Assembly (NCBI GenBank): GCA_964016885.1
Contig: OZ024740.1
Location: forward strand, 408,580,001-408,644,000
DNA length: 64,000 nucleotides
Direction of reading: 5' to 3'
DNA from: Eledone cirrhosa
Lineage: Eukaryota
Positions 13,701 through 24,997 of this stretch are shown piece after piece (position 1 is the stretch's first letter; each line of letters begins with the position of its first letter). A program made the translations under genes and the position numbers. The notes below the pieces were generated by a model, which had not been told where the DNA came from, did no database searches, and saw nothing but the letters and a program-made list of their open reading frames with translations.

Positions 13701-13878
13701 ACACCTTTCAAGGCATGGTAAAAGGACAGTTTTTCTTCATCGACAGAATTCATAGTTGGAGCATACACACTCACCAGGGTAGCATATCTTCCCTTGTCCA
13801 GCGGAACTCTCATGGACATAAGACGCTCACTAATCCCCACTGGGAATTCTTCCAATTTATTCACCAGTACAGTCCTAA
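10210..13878 (-). mobile_element. RTE-clade LINE, 5'-truncated, inserted in the (TACA)n array
   Basis: APE-RT ORF; RTE-like 3' end ggccatactcgttaacgagggggcagccatcat at ~10210-10245; 3' UTR expanded by microsatellites. Confidence 0.9.
10718..13878 (-). CDS. RTE ORF2: APE endonuclease (partial), reverse transcriptase and three C2H2 zinc fingers; uninterrupted
   Basis: VLGDFNARVG, LLDYVLV, TDHRLV (APE); SQSGFR, FVDLTKAFD, GVKQGD, LYADD, YLG (RT); CSVC..H..H, CQTC..H..H, CRLC..H..H. The MYVC N-terminus in the track is microsatellite. Confidence 0.93.
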
Positions 13879-14129
13879 CATACATACATACATACATACA
13901 TACATACATACATACATACAATCATACATACATACATACATACATACATACATACATACATACATACATACATACATACATACATACATGCAATCATACA
14001 TATGCGTACATACATACAATCATACATACATACATAGAATCATGCATACATACATACATACATACAAGTATACATACATACATACAAGTATACATACATA
14101 CATGCAATCATACATAGATACATACATAC

Positions 14130-14195
<66 letters not shown>

Positions 14196-14198
<3 letters not shown>

Positions 14199-14371
14199 AA
14201 AAGTATGACCCCGACGGCAGAGCTCAAGCCGTTTCGACGGCTATTTCTAGACTAAACGGCTTGAGCTCTGCCGTCGGGGTCATACTTTTTCCTATTTCCC
14301 ACTCTATTACCCTAAGTATTGAGTACTCTGGTGCGTTATGGTCCATCTGGTTCCTTACCACAATTCCTTTG

Positions 14372-14385
<14 letters not shown>
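14196..14385 (+). mobile_element. Short (TA)n-embedded Penelope-type element with terminal hairpin and the 3' half of a hammerhead
   Basis: 37-bp inverted repeat 14199-14235 / 14254-14290; GAAACGGC-ttgagctct-GCCGUC on the minus arm; homologous to 28583-28768. Confidence 0.7.
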
Positions 14386-14410
<25 letters not shown>

Positions 14411-14445
14411 TACAAATATTAATAAAATAGATATTCTTTTGATCA

Positions 14446-14508
14446 ATTAAATTTTATTATACATATTTCAGAGGTACAACAGTACGTCCTCGTCAGACAA
14501 AATATAAT
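14446..14508 (-). ncRNA. Type I hammerhead ribozyme (antisense arm)
   Basis: CUGACGA - stem II - GAAA UAUGUAUA, with stem I uauuuugu / auaaaau. Confidence 0.7.
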
Positions 14509-14599
14509 GATACATGACATACCCTGAGATGTTAAATAGTTAAGATTTAATTAAGATTTAAATCTTAACCATTTAACGTCTCAGGGTATGTCATGTATC

Positions 14600-14662
14600 A
14601 TTATATTTTGTCTGATGAGGACGTACTGTTGTACCTCTGAAATATGTATAATAAAATGTAAT
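14600..14662 (+). ncRNA. Type I minimal hammerhead ribozyme
   Basis: 12-bp stem I attatattttgt / ataaaatgtaat; CUGAUGA 14612-18; stem II ggacGUAC-uguu-GUACcucu; GAAA 14639-42; near-palindromic short stem III; predicted cleavage after AUA (14650). Confidence 0.78.
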
Positions 14663-14814
14663 TGATCAAAAGAACATCTATTTTATTAATATTTATATTT
14701 TAATATTAATAACTCTGGAAATTATTTTCTGTAGAGTGCTTCCAATCTACTGTAAAACTTATTCTTTGATGTACTCATTGAATCTTGTTTAACTCTTTAA
14801 TATATATATATATA

Positions 14815-14924
14815 CATATAAACGGAAAAATGAAACGAAATTTCATTTCTCACTCTTAGTACGGCTGTTACTTAAATATAAGTAAGTATACGTACATACA
14901 TATATGTATACAGACGTACAGTAG

Positions 14925-14961
<37 letters not shown>

Positions 14962-15293
14962 GCAAATTAGGCTGCTCAGCCGTTAATATGCATAAGGAAA
15001 GTATATACTTTCAGACGTTCAACCATCTGGCAGGAAGGTATACGTTGCTGACGATAGCTAATAAGCTTGAAACTAGTACAGCGTTCCTTTGTCAGTGTTG
15101 AACAAATGAGCAACGTTGGTTGCTAGACACTGTACGGCTTAATTCGGGATGTTTGTTTACAAACACACCGAGCATTATAATAAATGTTCGGTGAATCCAT
15201 ACGTACATATATATATATATGTGCATGTATGTGTATATATATATATACATACTACTGTACGTCTGTATACATATATGTATATACGTATACTTA

Positions 15294-15298
<5 letters not shown>
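14815..15298 (+). mobile_element. Penelope-type pLTR remnant with inverted partial copy
   Basis: 14876-14935 is the inverse of 15240-15298; body homologous to 27981-28330; carries a hammerhead; TA flanks. Confidence 0.7.
15042..15084 (+). ncRNA. Type I minimal hammerhead ribozyme
   Basis: acguug CUGACGA u AGCU aaua AGCU u GAAAC UA GUA cagcgu; palindromic ACUAGU stem III. Confidence 0.82.
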
Positions 15299-15359
<61 letters not shown>

Positions 15360-15522
15360 GTTGACGACTGAGAGAAGATAGTACTCAATACCGAAGTAAG
15401 TAGAGTTTTAATATTCATTTTATAAAGAAACTCCATATATTCAAAAGTACTATCCAGGAGACTCCAACCGTGAAGGATGCATTTTTCAGGTCAATATTTA
15501 TTTATAAAACTAATCTATATTA

Positions 15523-15588
15523 TATTTTATCTGATGAAAGCGCACCATAATCTGCCTTGGTGGCCCTTGAAATATGTATAATGAAATA
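15523..15588 (+). ncRNA. Type I hammerhead ribozyme
   Basis: uauuuuau CUGAUGA aag..cacca / uggug..cuu GAAA UAUGUAUA augaaaua. Confidence 0.7.
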
Positions 15589-15722
15589 AATATGGTTTTA
15601 TAAATATAGTTTCCATTTGTTAATATATTGTATATTTACTCCAATAATTTGTTGAGTGCTTTATATCAGTTATAAAAAATGTTTTGCTTGTTGTATCCCA
15701 ACAAATTAAATATAACCTCTAC

Positions 15723-15766
<44 letters not shown>

Positions 15767-15891
15767 GTAAAATTCCTTTATAACGAATACCATTATAATG
15801 AATTTTTCAGTAGAACGAAATTTTTTTTATACCCCGTGAATTTCGTTATGACGGAATTTTATTTCCACTTGTATATATATATATATATAAA

Positions 15892-15985
<94 letters not shown>

Positions 15986-15997
15986 ATATATATATAT

Positions 15998-18796
15998 CCT
16001 TACCAGAAGACGTGACAGAGTGTCTGTTGTAAACACTAAATCCCTCCCCCATGAAGAATGCACCTCCCAACATAGACAGATAATTAGCGACCTCATAGTC
16101 AGGACGAGACGTACTCGACAGCAGAAAAGGACTATCCTCAGGAGAAAAATATGGAAGCTAAAGGACCCCACAGCCAGAAATAAATTTAAAAGCATATTAC
16201 TTGATGCTTTCGACAGTAAGGAAGAGCAATTAGAGTCGTACAATATAGAGGAACAGTGGGAATTCCTGAAAGCAAACCTGCTGATGGCGGCAGACGAAGT
16301 CTGTGGCTGGAGCAGGCCTGTAGGCAGGAGGAGAGTAACATGGTGGTGGAACAGTAAGGTGGAGGAGTCAATTAAGGCCAAAAAGCAGGCTTGAAAAGTA
16401 TGGCGGGATGGGGGAAGTAGAGAAGACTATCAAGTGGCCAGGAGGGAAGCTAGGAGACAAGTGTACTTCGCAAGAAGGGAAGCAGAGGAAAGAAAGTTCA
16501 AGCATGTTCTACAACGCGAGGACCAAAAACGTGAGGTGTTCAGGATTGCTAGGCAATGTGTCAAGGAAAACCGTGATATTGTCGGGGAGAAGTGTGTACT
16601 TAATGATGATGGCGTACTTGCCATCACTGACGCTGATAAGAAGGTAACTTGGAAGTGTCACTACGAAATGCTACTAAATGAGGAGAATAAATGGGAGAAA
16701 GACAGTCTACTCCACATCGACCCAATAGAGGGACCAGCAGTGTTAGTCGAAGGTAGTATAATAAGTAAGGCAATCAAAGATATGAAGACGGGTTAGGCGG
16801 CTGGGCCTTCGGAAATAGTTGCTGAGATGCTGAAAGCCTCTGGAACGGTGGGACACACCATGGTCACCCGGATAGTAAACCAAGTCATACAGAATGGGGT
16901 TGTTCCGAAGGACAGGCGTAGCAGCATCATCATTAATTGCTACAAGGGTAAATGAGACGCCCTAGATAGGAGTAACTATAGAGGCATTAAATTAATCGAC
17001 CAGGTCATGAAGGTCACAGAAAAAGTAATAGCGCAACTAACCAGAGAGAGAATCGATCTAGATGAAATGCAGTTCGGGTTTGTGTCAGGCAAAAGTACCA
17101 CAGACGCTCTTTTCATTGTACAACTACAGGAGAAGTACCTAGCTAAAAGTAAACCCCTATACTTAGCTTTCGTCGACTTGGAGAAAGCCTTCGACAGAGT
17201 CCTCCGTTCCATTATCTGGTGGGCTCTTAGAAAACTAGGTGTTGATGAATGGCTTGTGAGAGCTATACAAGCCATGTATAAAGAAACAGTCAGCAAGGTT
17301 AGAGTTAACAACGAATATAGTGAAGAGTTTAGCGTAAAAGTTGGTGTTCATCAGGGCTCTGTTCTTAGCCCCCTACTATTTATTATTGCTCTTCAGGCTA
17401 TAACAGTGGAGTTCAAGACCGGCTGCCCATGGGAACTCCTATACGCAGATGATCTAACGCTCATAGCTGAATCAATGGCCGAGCTAGAGAAGAAATTCCA
17501 AACATGGAAGCACGGCCTAGAATCAAAAGGCCTTAAAATTAACCTTGCTAAGACTAAAGTTCTAGTTTGTAGGAAAGAAAATAAGGCGTCGGTCCCTTCC
17601 GGGAAATGGCCATGCTCAGTGTGTAGGAAAGGCGTAGGTAGAAACTCCATTTTATGTCCCAAATGCAAAGTATGGGTGCATAAAAGATGTAGTGGGATCA
17701 CAGGTAAGCTAACTAAGAATATAGATTTTATATGTGGCCGGTGCTCTGGTGCAATAAGTAGCAGCAAGTGCTCACAAAATACTAGCTCTTTCAATTGCGC
17801 AGAGGGTTCTATAGAAATAGTGGACAGCTTCCGTTACCTGGGTGACAAAATCAGCAGTGGGGGAGGGTGCTCTGAAAGTACAGTAGCTAGAGTCAGAACT
17901 GGGTGGAAAAAGTTCAGAGAGCTTATACCACTATTAGCCGCTAAAGGGTTCTCACTAAAAATGAAAAGCAGGCTGTATGATGCCTGCATACGAACAGCAA
18001 TGTTGCATGGCAGTGAGACCTGGGCATTATGTGCAGAGGATATACGCAGACTAGAGAGGAACGAAGCTTGCATGCTCCGCTGGATGTGTAATAGTAATAT
18101 ACGCGAACGGCAAAGCATAAACGAACTAAGGGAAAAATTAGAAATAAGAGGGATCAGATGTTGTTTACTCGAGAGAAGGCTACGTTGGTATGGTCACGTA
18201 ATGCGCATGAAAGACGACAGCTGTATAAAAAAGTGCAGGGCAATAAAGATAGACGGTAGCCACGGAGTAGGCAGACCCAGAAAAACCTGGGACGACCTGA
18301 TAAACTCCGACCTCACGCACTTACACCTCTCCAAGACAATGTCACTGGACCGAGATCTTTGGCGGCACTCAGTAATAGAGAAGACCCGCCTTACCTAAAT
18401 ACAAAGTAAAACCTACTACAGTCAGTAGGCATCTCTAACAAAATACACCCCCGTCCCACCACCCCCACCCCATCCACACCGCCCCTTTCAATGTAAAGTT
18501 ATGTTGGTGCCACAACATCCAGGCCGAAACAAATGAGATCGTGTAGGTGTCACGACAAAAAAACACACAGTCCACGCTGTAATATGGCCGTGTAGGTAAC
18601 ACGGTAAAAACCTCCCAGTCCCACACTGTAAATACGGTTGGTGTTAGGAAGGGCATCCAGCTGTAGAAAACCCGCCAGACAGTCCTATGCGGGCAAGACA
18701 ACCACTCTTGCCTCAAGTGGGAAAACTCCCGTCCAAACCCATGCAAGCGTGGAACATGGACGTTAAACGATGATGATGATGATGATGATGATGATG

Positions 18797-18797
<1 letters not shown>
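15998..18797 (+). mobile_element. RTE-like LINE, 5'-truncated, with stops and frameshifts; (GAT)n tail; flanked by (TA)n
   Basis: ORFs 16020-16394, 16434-16796 and 17007-18398; 3' end ...catggacgttaaacgatgatgat. Confidence 0.9.
17007..18398 (+). pseudogene. RT domain with an embedded PHD-type finger
   Basis: MQFGF, FVDLEKAFD, GVHQGS, LYADD, FRYLG, RRLRWYGHV; C4HC3 motif at 17613-17744. Confidence 0.88.
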
Positions 18798-18828
<31 letters not shown>

Positions 18829-18910
18829 ATATATATATATGTATGTATATATAAATATTCGCTCTATATGGCTGAATACAATAAATGTAATCTGAGTTTT
18901 TCGAATATTA

Positions 18911-19097
18911 ATAATTGTTTCTACTTTTTGGCACAAGGCCAATATTATCTCAGTGCATTACTTGTACTTTATTTTATCGACCCCATAAGGATGAAAGGCA
19001 AAGTTAACCTCGACGGGATTTGAACTCAGACCGTAAAGGGACGTAACTATGCTAGAAAGCATGGCGTCCAACCCTCTACCGATACTGACAATTCACC
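18911..19097 (-). mobile_element. tRNA-derived SINE
   Basis: Family consensus. Confidence 0.9.
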
Positions 19098-19201
19098 ATA
19101 TTAATAATAATATTCCATTCGTTTACAATTATGCAAACAAGTCTCAATTTTAAAACCATGTCAGTAGAATGAGCCCCTCATTCTTGCTCTTGTGTTAGCA
19201 T

Positions 19202-19267
19202 GTAAACAGAACTGCAGACACTAATGTTTCTGGGTATAACCCTTCATCAGTACAGCTCATTGTTCAC
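19202..19267 (-). ncRNA. Type I hammerhead ribozyme (antisense arm)
   Basis: agcugua CUGAUGA a GGGU uau ACCC a GAAACA uuag UGUC ugcaguu. Confidence 0.82.
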
Positions 19268-19481
19268 CTGCCAACTGTCAGAGTTAGTGAAAATATATGA
19301 TATTGTCTAAAATATTCAGTGACTGATCGGCCTGATTTACATATTAGCAGACTGGCTGATCAGTCAGATCTGCATGGTAGCAGATCCACTGATCAGCCAG
19401 ATTTGCATGGTAGCAGACTGGCCGATCAGTCACTGTATATTTTAGAAAATATATATTTTCACTAGCTCTGACAGTTGGCAG

Positions 19482-19548
19482 GTGAACAGTAAGCTGTACT
19501 GATGAAGGGTGATACCCAGAAACATTAGTGTCTGCAGTTCTGTTTACA
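19482..19548 (+). ncRNA. Type I hammerhead ribozyme with GUC cleavage site
   Basis: Stem I agcugua / ugcaguu extended by gugaacag / cuguuuac; CUGAUGA 19499-19505; stem II GGGU-gau-ACCC; GAAAC 19519-23; GUC ends at 19532. Confidence 0.85.
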
Positions 19549-19716
19549 TCTCTTTTACTCTTTTACCTGTTCCAGCCATCCGGCTGAGGCCATGTTGGCC
19601 AACACAAGAGCAAGCATGAGGAGCTCATTCTACTGACATGGCTTTAAAAATTAAGCTTGTTTGCATAATTGCAAACGAATCGAATATTATTAGTAGTATT
19701 CGAAAAACTCAGATTA

Positions 19717-19766
<50 letters not shown>

Positions 19767-19839
19767 TTGTACAATAAAAAAAAAATGAAATATATTGGAT
19801 GAATGAACAAAAGGATCCAACTTCCTCATCAACCACACC

Positions 19840-21850
19840 CTGGTCAATGCAATTTCGATATCTGGATTTGATAGGAAGGTGTGAGGAAAGGATATCCGAG
19901 GTTAATTTTCTGGTTGATAGTTTCTCCAATAGATTAATTAAGGACGCAAAGGATAAGGATAGAAAGGCCAAAGTGGAATTTTTCAGGAATCCATTTGTTA
20001 ATAAATCACTGGATAGGTTGGGCTTGAATTCGATTTTTAGAAATGGGAAGGTATAGGGATGCTTGCTCGAGGAGATAAGGGATAGGAGAATTTGCGTCAG
20101 TTATTCATATCGACCTACAATCGGGAGGATATTATTTAACTACAATAAATATTTAGCGACTATTAGCGCCGAGGATTTCAGGAAGGCTTGCGATGGGTTA
20201 TGCGATTTTGAAAGTTCTAGGTTCTGCTACTAAGTGGTAGGGCATGTAATTACTGATGATCTGAGTATAGTTGAGAACAAGGATCTGAGATGGTTTATGA
20301 TCAAGGGTCCTAACTTTAGGAGATATGTAAGGACAAACGGGTCCACGGTAGGTAATTTGGTGTTGGAATCAATCGATGATTTCGTGGTTAAAGAGTTGTT
20401 AGCTTGGTAAAAAGCAGGTTAAAAGGGGTGAGCACGATGGTGCAGGGGCCGTCTAAACTTAATCGGTCCAAGGAGAAGCAATCTTTGGATGGGTTTCGCA
20501 ATAGGTACATCATAGCTCCGGAGGATAAAGCAGCAAGTAATTTCATTATATGTATAACGGAATACTCCTATATTTTACCGGCGAAGATTCGAAACCGAAT
20601 CTGAGGTTTCTCGCCTCTCGGACCACCCATTAATGGAAGGTTCTCACCATTGTCCTGTCAAGACAACGATGATAAACGTACATTCCACTTGACCTCTGAT
20701 CCCAGCTTCCTGGGAGACGATATCCACATGGCTGATCATAAATCAACCTCATATACACATCCTTCTAACTATAGCACTATTATAAATACAAGGAGTTAAG
20801 GAATCTAAGTGCCAGAGAGACCGAAGCAAGCAGTCCGTATATAGCAGACCTTTCACTCTCACTCTCTCTCCTGGCCTCATTGGTTATCACCTTCTCGGCC
20901 ACAGACCCGAAGCAGCAGTCAGCGAGTGATAACGATGGAGCAGACCTTTCACTCTATCTCTCTCCTGGCCCTTACTGGCTCTCACCTTATTGGCCACAGA
21001 CACAGCCAAACAGCCAGACATGAAGTAGCACTCTCTAAGAACACACACACACACACAAAGTAAGTTTGATTTGTTTACATTCTATGCTCATCCTATTTTT
21101 CCTGTCATATTGTATCTGAAAGATACAACACAAATTTTACTATATCATTTTCTGTGATAAATGCATTTACGCTAACTCGTAGAAGTTAAATAATGTAGGG
21201 ATAATTCATGTCATAAATATTATTACTCGATGTTCAAAGTGAATATTGTTATAAAATATATGTTGTTAACAACTCAATCATGGCATTATTCTTTGCACAA
21301 ACACCCCTCAAGAATACAACTTATCCGCTACATATGCAAAAAATACTACTAGTTGGTTTTAGGTAGGGAGTTAGGATGTGATGTTAATTATAACTTAGAA
21401 CCTGAGTCCGGGGAATATTAATCAGCTGATAGTAAAGGTGTGAAGTAGGGGGTCTGAGTGGTTTCCAGTTGAAGGAGGCGATCTATTCCTAGAGACTTCT
21501 GGATACCCAAGTTGAACAAAACACCATTTGGATGTAGATTTATAACTAGAGCTAGTAAGTGCACAAATAGTAGTCAAGTAGTTATTTTAGTTGAAGCTTT
21601 AGCAGGAGTTTAAAAGGTTTTGATAGATATTATGGCATAATTCTTGCAAATAGTGGAATGAATATGAGGTGGAATATAGGATTTACTAATGATTTTTAAA
21701 CTGGATTGGTTAGATTAAAGACGATAAAAATGCACGTATCTAATCTTTCCACCCTTTAGTTTGGAACTGGATTTAGTTTTTAAAAAGGGGTGGGTAGTAT
21801 AATAGACCCAACTTTCAGTAATAAATTCAAGTATGTTTCCTTCAAGAACG
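19840..21850 (+). pseudogene. Degraded Penelope-like element RT ORF, split by a solo LTR
   Basis: APEDKAASNFII|CKKYY rejoins across the insertion; WIPKLNKTPFGCRFIT..SKC resembles the PLE RT N-terminal motif. Confidence 0.6.
20553..21332. mobile_element. Solo LTR, 780 bp, with TATG target-site duplication
   Basis: Termini tataacgga / tccgctaca; TATG at 20549-52 and 21333-36; TATAAATA and internal direct repeats. Confidence 0.75.
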
Positions 21851-21871
21851 GCAAGGGCTTTACGTCTAGAG

Positions 21872-22212
21872 CAAAGATTCTCAACGGGGGGGTTGAAGAT
21901 TGGCGGGGGCAGTTAGAGGGGCGCTGGGAGCCCCTTTAGTTTGGTAAGTTTTATAAGTTATATTTGTACGTCTCTTAGACAGCCAGTGTGAATGTATTTG
22001 AATGAAAAAAACGAAGAAAATAAATAAAAGAAGCTTGTCAACAAATTCCCTAGGGAGATAAAAGAAAAACAAAAGAAATCAAAGAAAGTGAAAATAAGGA
22101 CGTAAACTTTTACAACAGTTACAAGAAAAAACTTCAACAGAAATGACAACAAAAAGAAGCGATGGTGGTGAAAGGTGTAGGTACATACATACGAACATAC
22201 ACACACATGCAT
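21872..22212 (+). mobile_element. Interspersed repeat with an hAT-like left end; paralog at 63255-63600
   Basis: About 300 bp of clear similarity to 63255-63600, ending in (TACA)n. Confidence 0.8.
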
Positions 22213-22319
22213 CGTACATACATACACATACATACATACATACATACATACATACATACATACATACATACATACATACATACATACATACATACATACA
22301 TACATACATACATAAAAAA

Positions 22320-24280
22320 AAACAACAAAGAATCGCAGAAACATGACTGTCGTGTGGCTGGACTATCAAAAAGCATTTGATAGTGTACCTCATGGGTGGA
22401 TTATTAAGGCTTTACAGTTAGCTAAAGTCCCACAACCATTAGTAGCTGCTGTTGAACGCCTGACCAAGAACTGGTACACCAATTTGATCCTTAGAGGTGA
22501 GAAGGAGCAGGTTAAGACTGATAGGATACATTACCAGAAGGGCATCTTTCAGGGTGATAGCTTGTCAGTACTACTCTTCGTTCTCTCACTGAATCCACTA
22601 TCTTACCTACTCAGGAAACAAGGTGGACAAAGAAGTGGGCCCAGAAGTATCTCCCATCTTTTCTTTGTTGATGACCTGAAGTTGTATGGGCCAAATATCA
22701 ATGACATCAAGAAACAATTGGACCTCATTACACAATTTTCAACCGACATCAAAATGAAATTTGGTGAGTCCAAGTGTGCATATTTGGCAGTAAAACGTGG
22801 AAGAGCTGTGCCCTCCTCTAGAAATCTAGAGATGAACGGCCTGACAATACAACCTCTGCAGTCAGGTGACAACTACAGATATCTTGGACAGGATGAGAAT
22901 GTCAGATATGATGGACCCATAAATAAGGAGAGAACCAGAACTGAATACCTCAGAAGAGTAAAAAAAATATGGTCATCAGAACTGTCAGCATACAACAAAT
23001 ACATTGCCCACAATACCTATGCTGTGCCAATTCTAACGCCAACATTTGGCCTACTGAACTGGTCATTGCAAGAACTAAGTGAGATGGATGTTAGAACTCG
23101 AAAACTTCTCAGTGTTACTGGGAACTTTAACATCAATGGTGATGTGGATAGGCTATACTTCTCACGCAAGGAAGGTGGCCGGGGTCTAAAATCAATATTA
23201 ACAACATATGAGACCCGGATAGTAACACTGAAGCAACACCTTCAACAGAGGAAAAAGGTTGGCGACCATCTTGCTCAGGTTTATGAGCATGAAAAAAGAA
23301 ATATCATTAGAATAGCGACTGATCTGGAGGAGAGATATGGAATAAAGCCTGATATAAATCTCTCACCCAGAGAAATCGGAAGATCCTATTCAATGTTCAA
23401 ACAAGAAAAAAAAATTGACCAATTTACAGAGAAAGTTGTGCATGGATACTTGAGGCGTAAAACACAGACCATAGAGGGGATAAACCACTCAAAAAGCCTG
23501 GCATGGAGTTCCGACAAGTTTATGACATCACACCTTGAGGGATATCTCTATGCAATACAGGAACAAGAACTCCCTACCAAATATCTGCTGCACAAAAGAG
23601 GAGGGCCAGCAGCTGACAATAAATGTAGGCTATGTAAAACAAAGATCGAGGATGTAAGCCACATTGTTGCAAGCTGCGAAAGAATGTCATCTCGCTACTA
23701 CCTCCCCATGAGACACGATGGGATAGCTAGAACTATCTGGAACGCACTTCGGAAAACAAAATTAACAACAAACGAGGAAGAATATATTGAGACAGATGGC
23801 ACTAAGGAATACTGGTGGAACCTGAAAATAAAAACTGCCACCAAATTAAAGCACAACCGGCCTGATATTGTAGTTTGGGACCACACATTGAAAACGTGTT
23901 CTGTTGTGGAGATCAGCTGCCCACTTGATGTAAACGTTGTCAGAAAAATACAGGAGAAGGAGGACATCTACGGACCATTGATGAGGAGCTTACAAATCCA
24001 GTATCCAAGATACACCTTTAGCTTCATACCCATCATTATTGGTGCTACGGGCTATATACCAACCCGCTTGGACCAAAGTATGACCGAACTTGGATTTGCG
24101 GACAAAAAGCGCAGCTCCCTAATTCATAGTCTACAAATGGCTGGGATAGCTGGCACCTTCAAAATATGCAAAACATTCTTGCGATTCAAGGGATGACAAT
24201 TTCTTTTCTTTTACAACCTTGCCACCAGGAAGGTGGCCGGTCAAAAAAAAATATACTCGAAATTAAGAGAAAGAGAAAAC
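22320..24280 (+). mobile_element. 5'-truncated R4/Dong-clade LINE inserted in (TACA)n
   Basis: ORF followed by a short 3' UTR; (TACA)n on both sides. Confidence 0.88.
22343..24196 (+). CDS. RT C-half, CCHC zinc knuckle and restriction-like endonuclease; uninterrupted
   Basis: WLDYQKAFDSVPH, GIFQGDSLS, FVDDLK, RKEGGRGL, CRLC..HIVASC, RHD, NRPDIVVWD, VEISCP. Confidence 0.92.
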   Translation: MTVVWLDYQKAFDSVPHGWIIKALQLAKVPQPLVAAVERLTKNWYTNLILRGEKEQVKTDRIHYQKGIFQGDSLSVLLFVLSLNPLSYLLRKQGGQRSGPRSISHLFFVDDLKLYGPNINDIKKQLDLITQFSTDIKMKFGESKCAYLAVKRGRAVPSSRNLEMNGLTIQPLQSGDNYRYLGQDENVRYDGPINKERTRTEYLRRVKKIWSSELSAYNKYIAHNTYAVPILTPTFGLLNWSLQELSEMDVRTRKLLSVTGNFNINGDVDRLYFSRKEGGRGLKSILTTYETRIVTLKQHLQQRKKVGDHLAQVYEHEKRNIIRIATDLEERYGIKPDINLSPREIGRSYSMFKQEKKIDQFTEKVVHGYLRRKTQTIEGINHSKSLAWSSDKFMTSHLEGYLYAIQEQELPTKYLLHKRGGPAADNKCRLCKTKIEDVSHIVASCERMSSRYYLPMRHDGIARTIWNALRKTKLTTNEEEYIETDGTKEYWWNLKIKTATKLKHNRPDIVVWDHTLKTCSVVEISCPLDVNVVRKIQEKEDIYGPLMRSLQIQYPRYTFSFIPIIIGATGYIPTRLDQSMTELGFADKKRSSLIHSLQMAGIAGTFKICKTFLRFKG

Positions 24281-24997
24281 ATACATACATACACACACAC
24301 GCACACACATATATATACACACACAGGCCAGCGTTAGTGTTTGATGAGCCAGAGCTGTGATATTTAATCTCCCTAGGTAATAAAATCTGGAGACAAAAAT
24401 GTTCTCCTTACCAAAAAAAAAACCAATATAAATCATATCAATATCCTTACACACTTTAATATAAATACATGTATAAATGCATAGCTATATACATACGTAA
24501 ATGTATGTATGTATATATGTATGTATGTAGATTTATATATATATCTATATATATATAAATCTACCGTTTTATATTATATATATAATATAAAACGGTAGAT
24601 TTATATATTTATTTATAATATGCGCAGTGTGACAAGGAGCTTGCTTCCCGACCACATATTTCCGGGTTCAGTCCCACTGCCCGGGCTGACCAAAGCCCTG
24701 TGAGTGGATTTGATAGACCGAAACTAAAAGAAGCCCGTCGTATATATGTATATATGTCTGTGTGTGTCTTTGCGTTTGTGTTTGCCCTCCCACCAATGCT
24801 TGTTGGTTTGTTGGCGTCCCCATAACTTATCAAGGTGATGCTCCAGCATGGGCGTAATCCAGAGACAGAAAAAAGTAAAGTATATGTGTGTGTGTAGAAG
24901 AGGGGTCTCAAACTCAAGGACACAAAACGGCCATTACGTCTTGGAGGAGGGGCACAGTGGGCCAAACGTGGTAGTGGGTGAACATTTTCACCAGTTA

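Larger units (their letters stand above)
14403..14705. repeat. ~300-bp near-perfect palindrome (inverted pseudo-LTR-like)
   Basis: Arms of about 145 bp are reverse complements with few mismatches; (TA)n on the left flank. Confidence 0.95.
19105..19692. repeat. ~590-bp palindromic element (arms ~225 bp) with a hammerhead in each arm
   Basis: 19105-19332 is the inverse of 19412-19692; the right arm is interrupted by a ~50-bp SINE-tail insertion (19550-19600); spacer made of ~31-bp tandem units. Confidence 0.9.
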
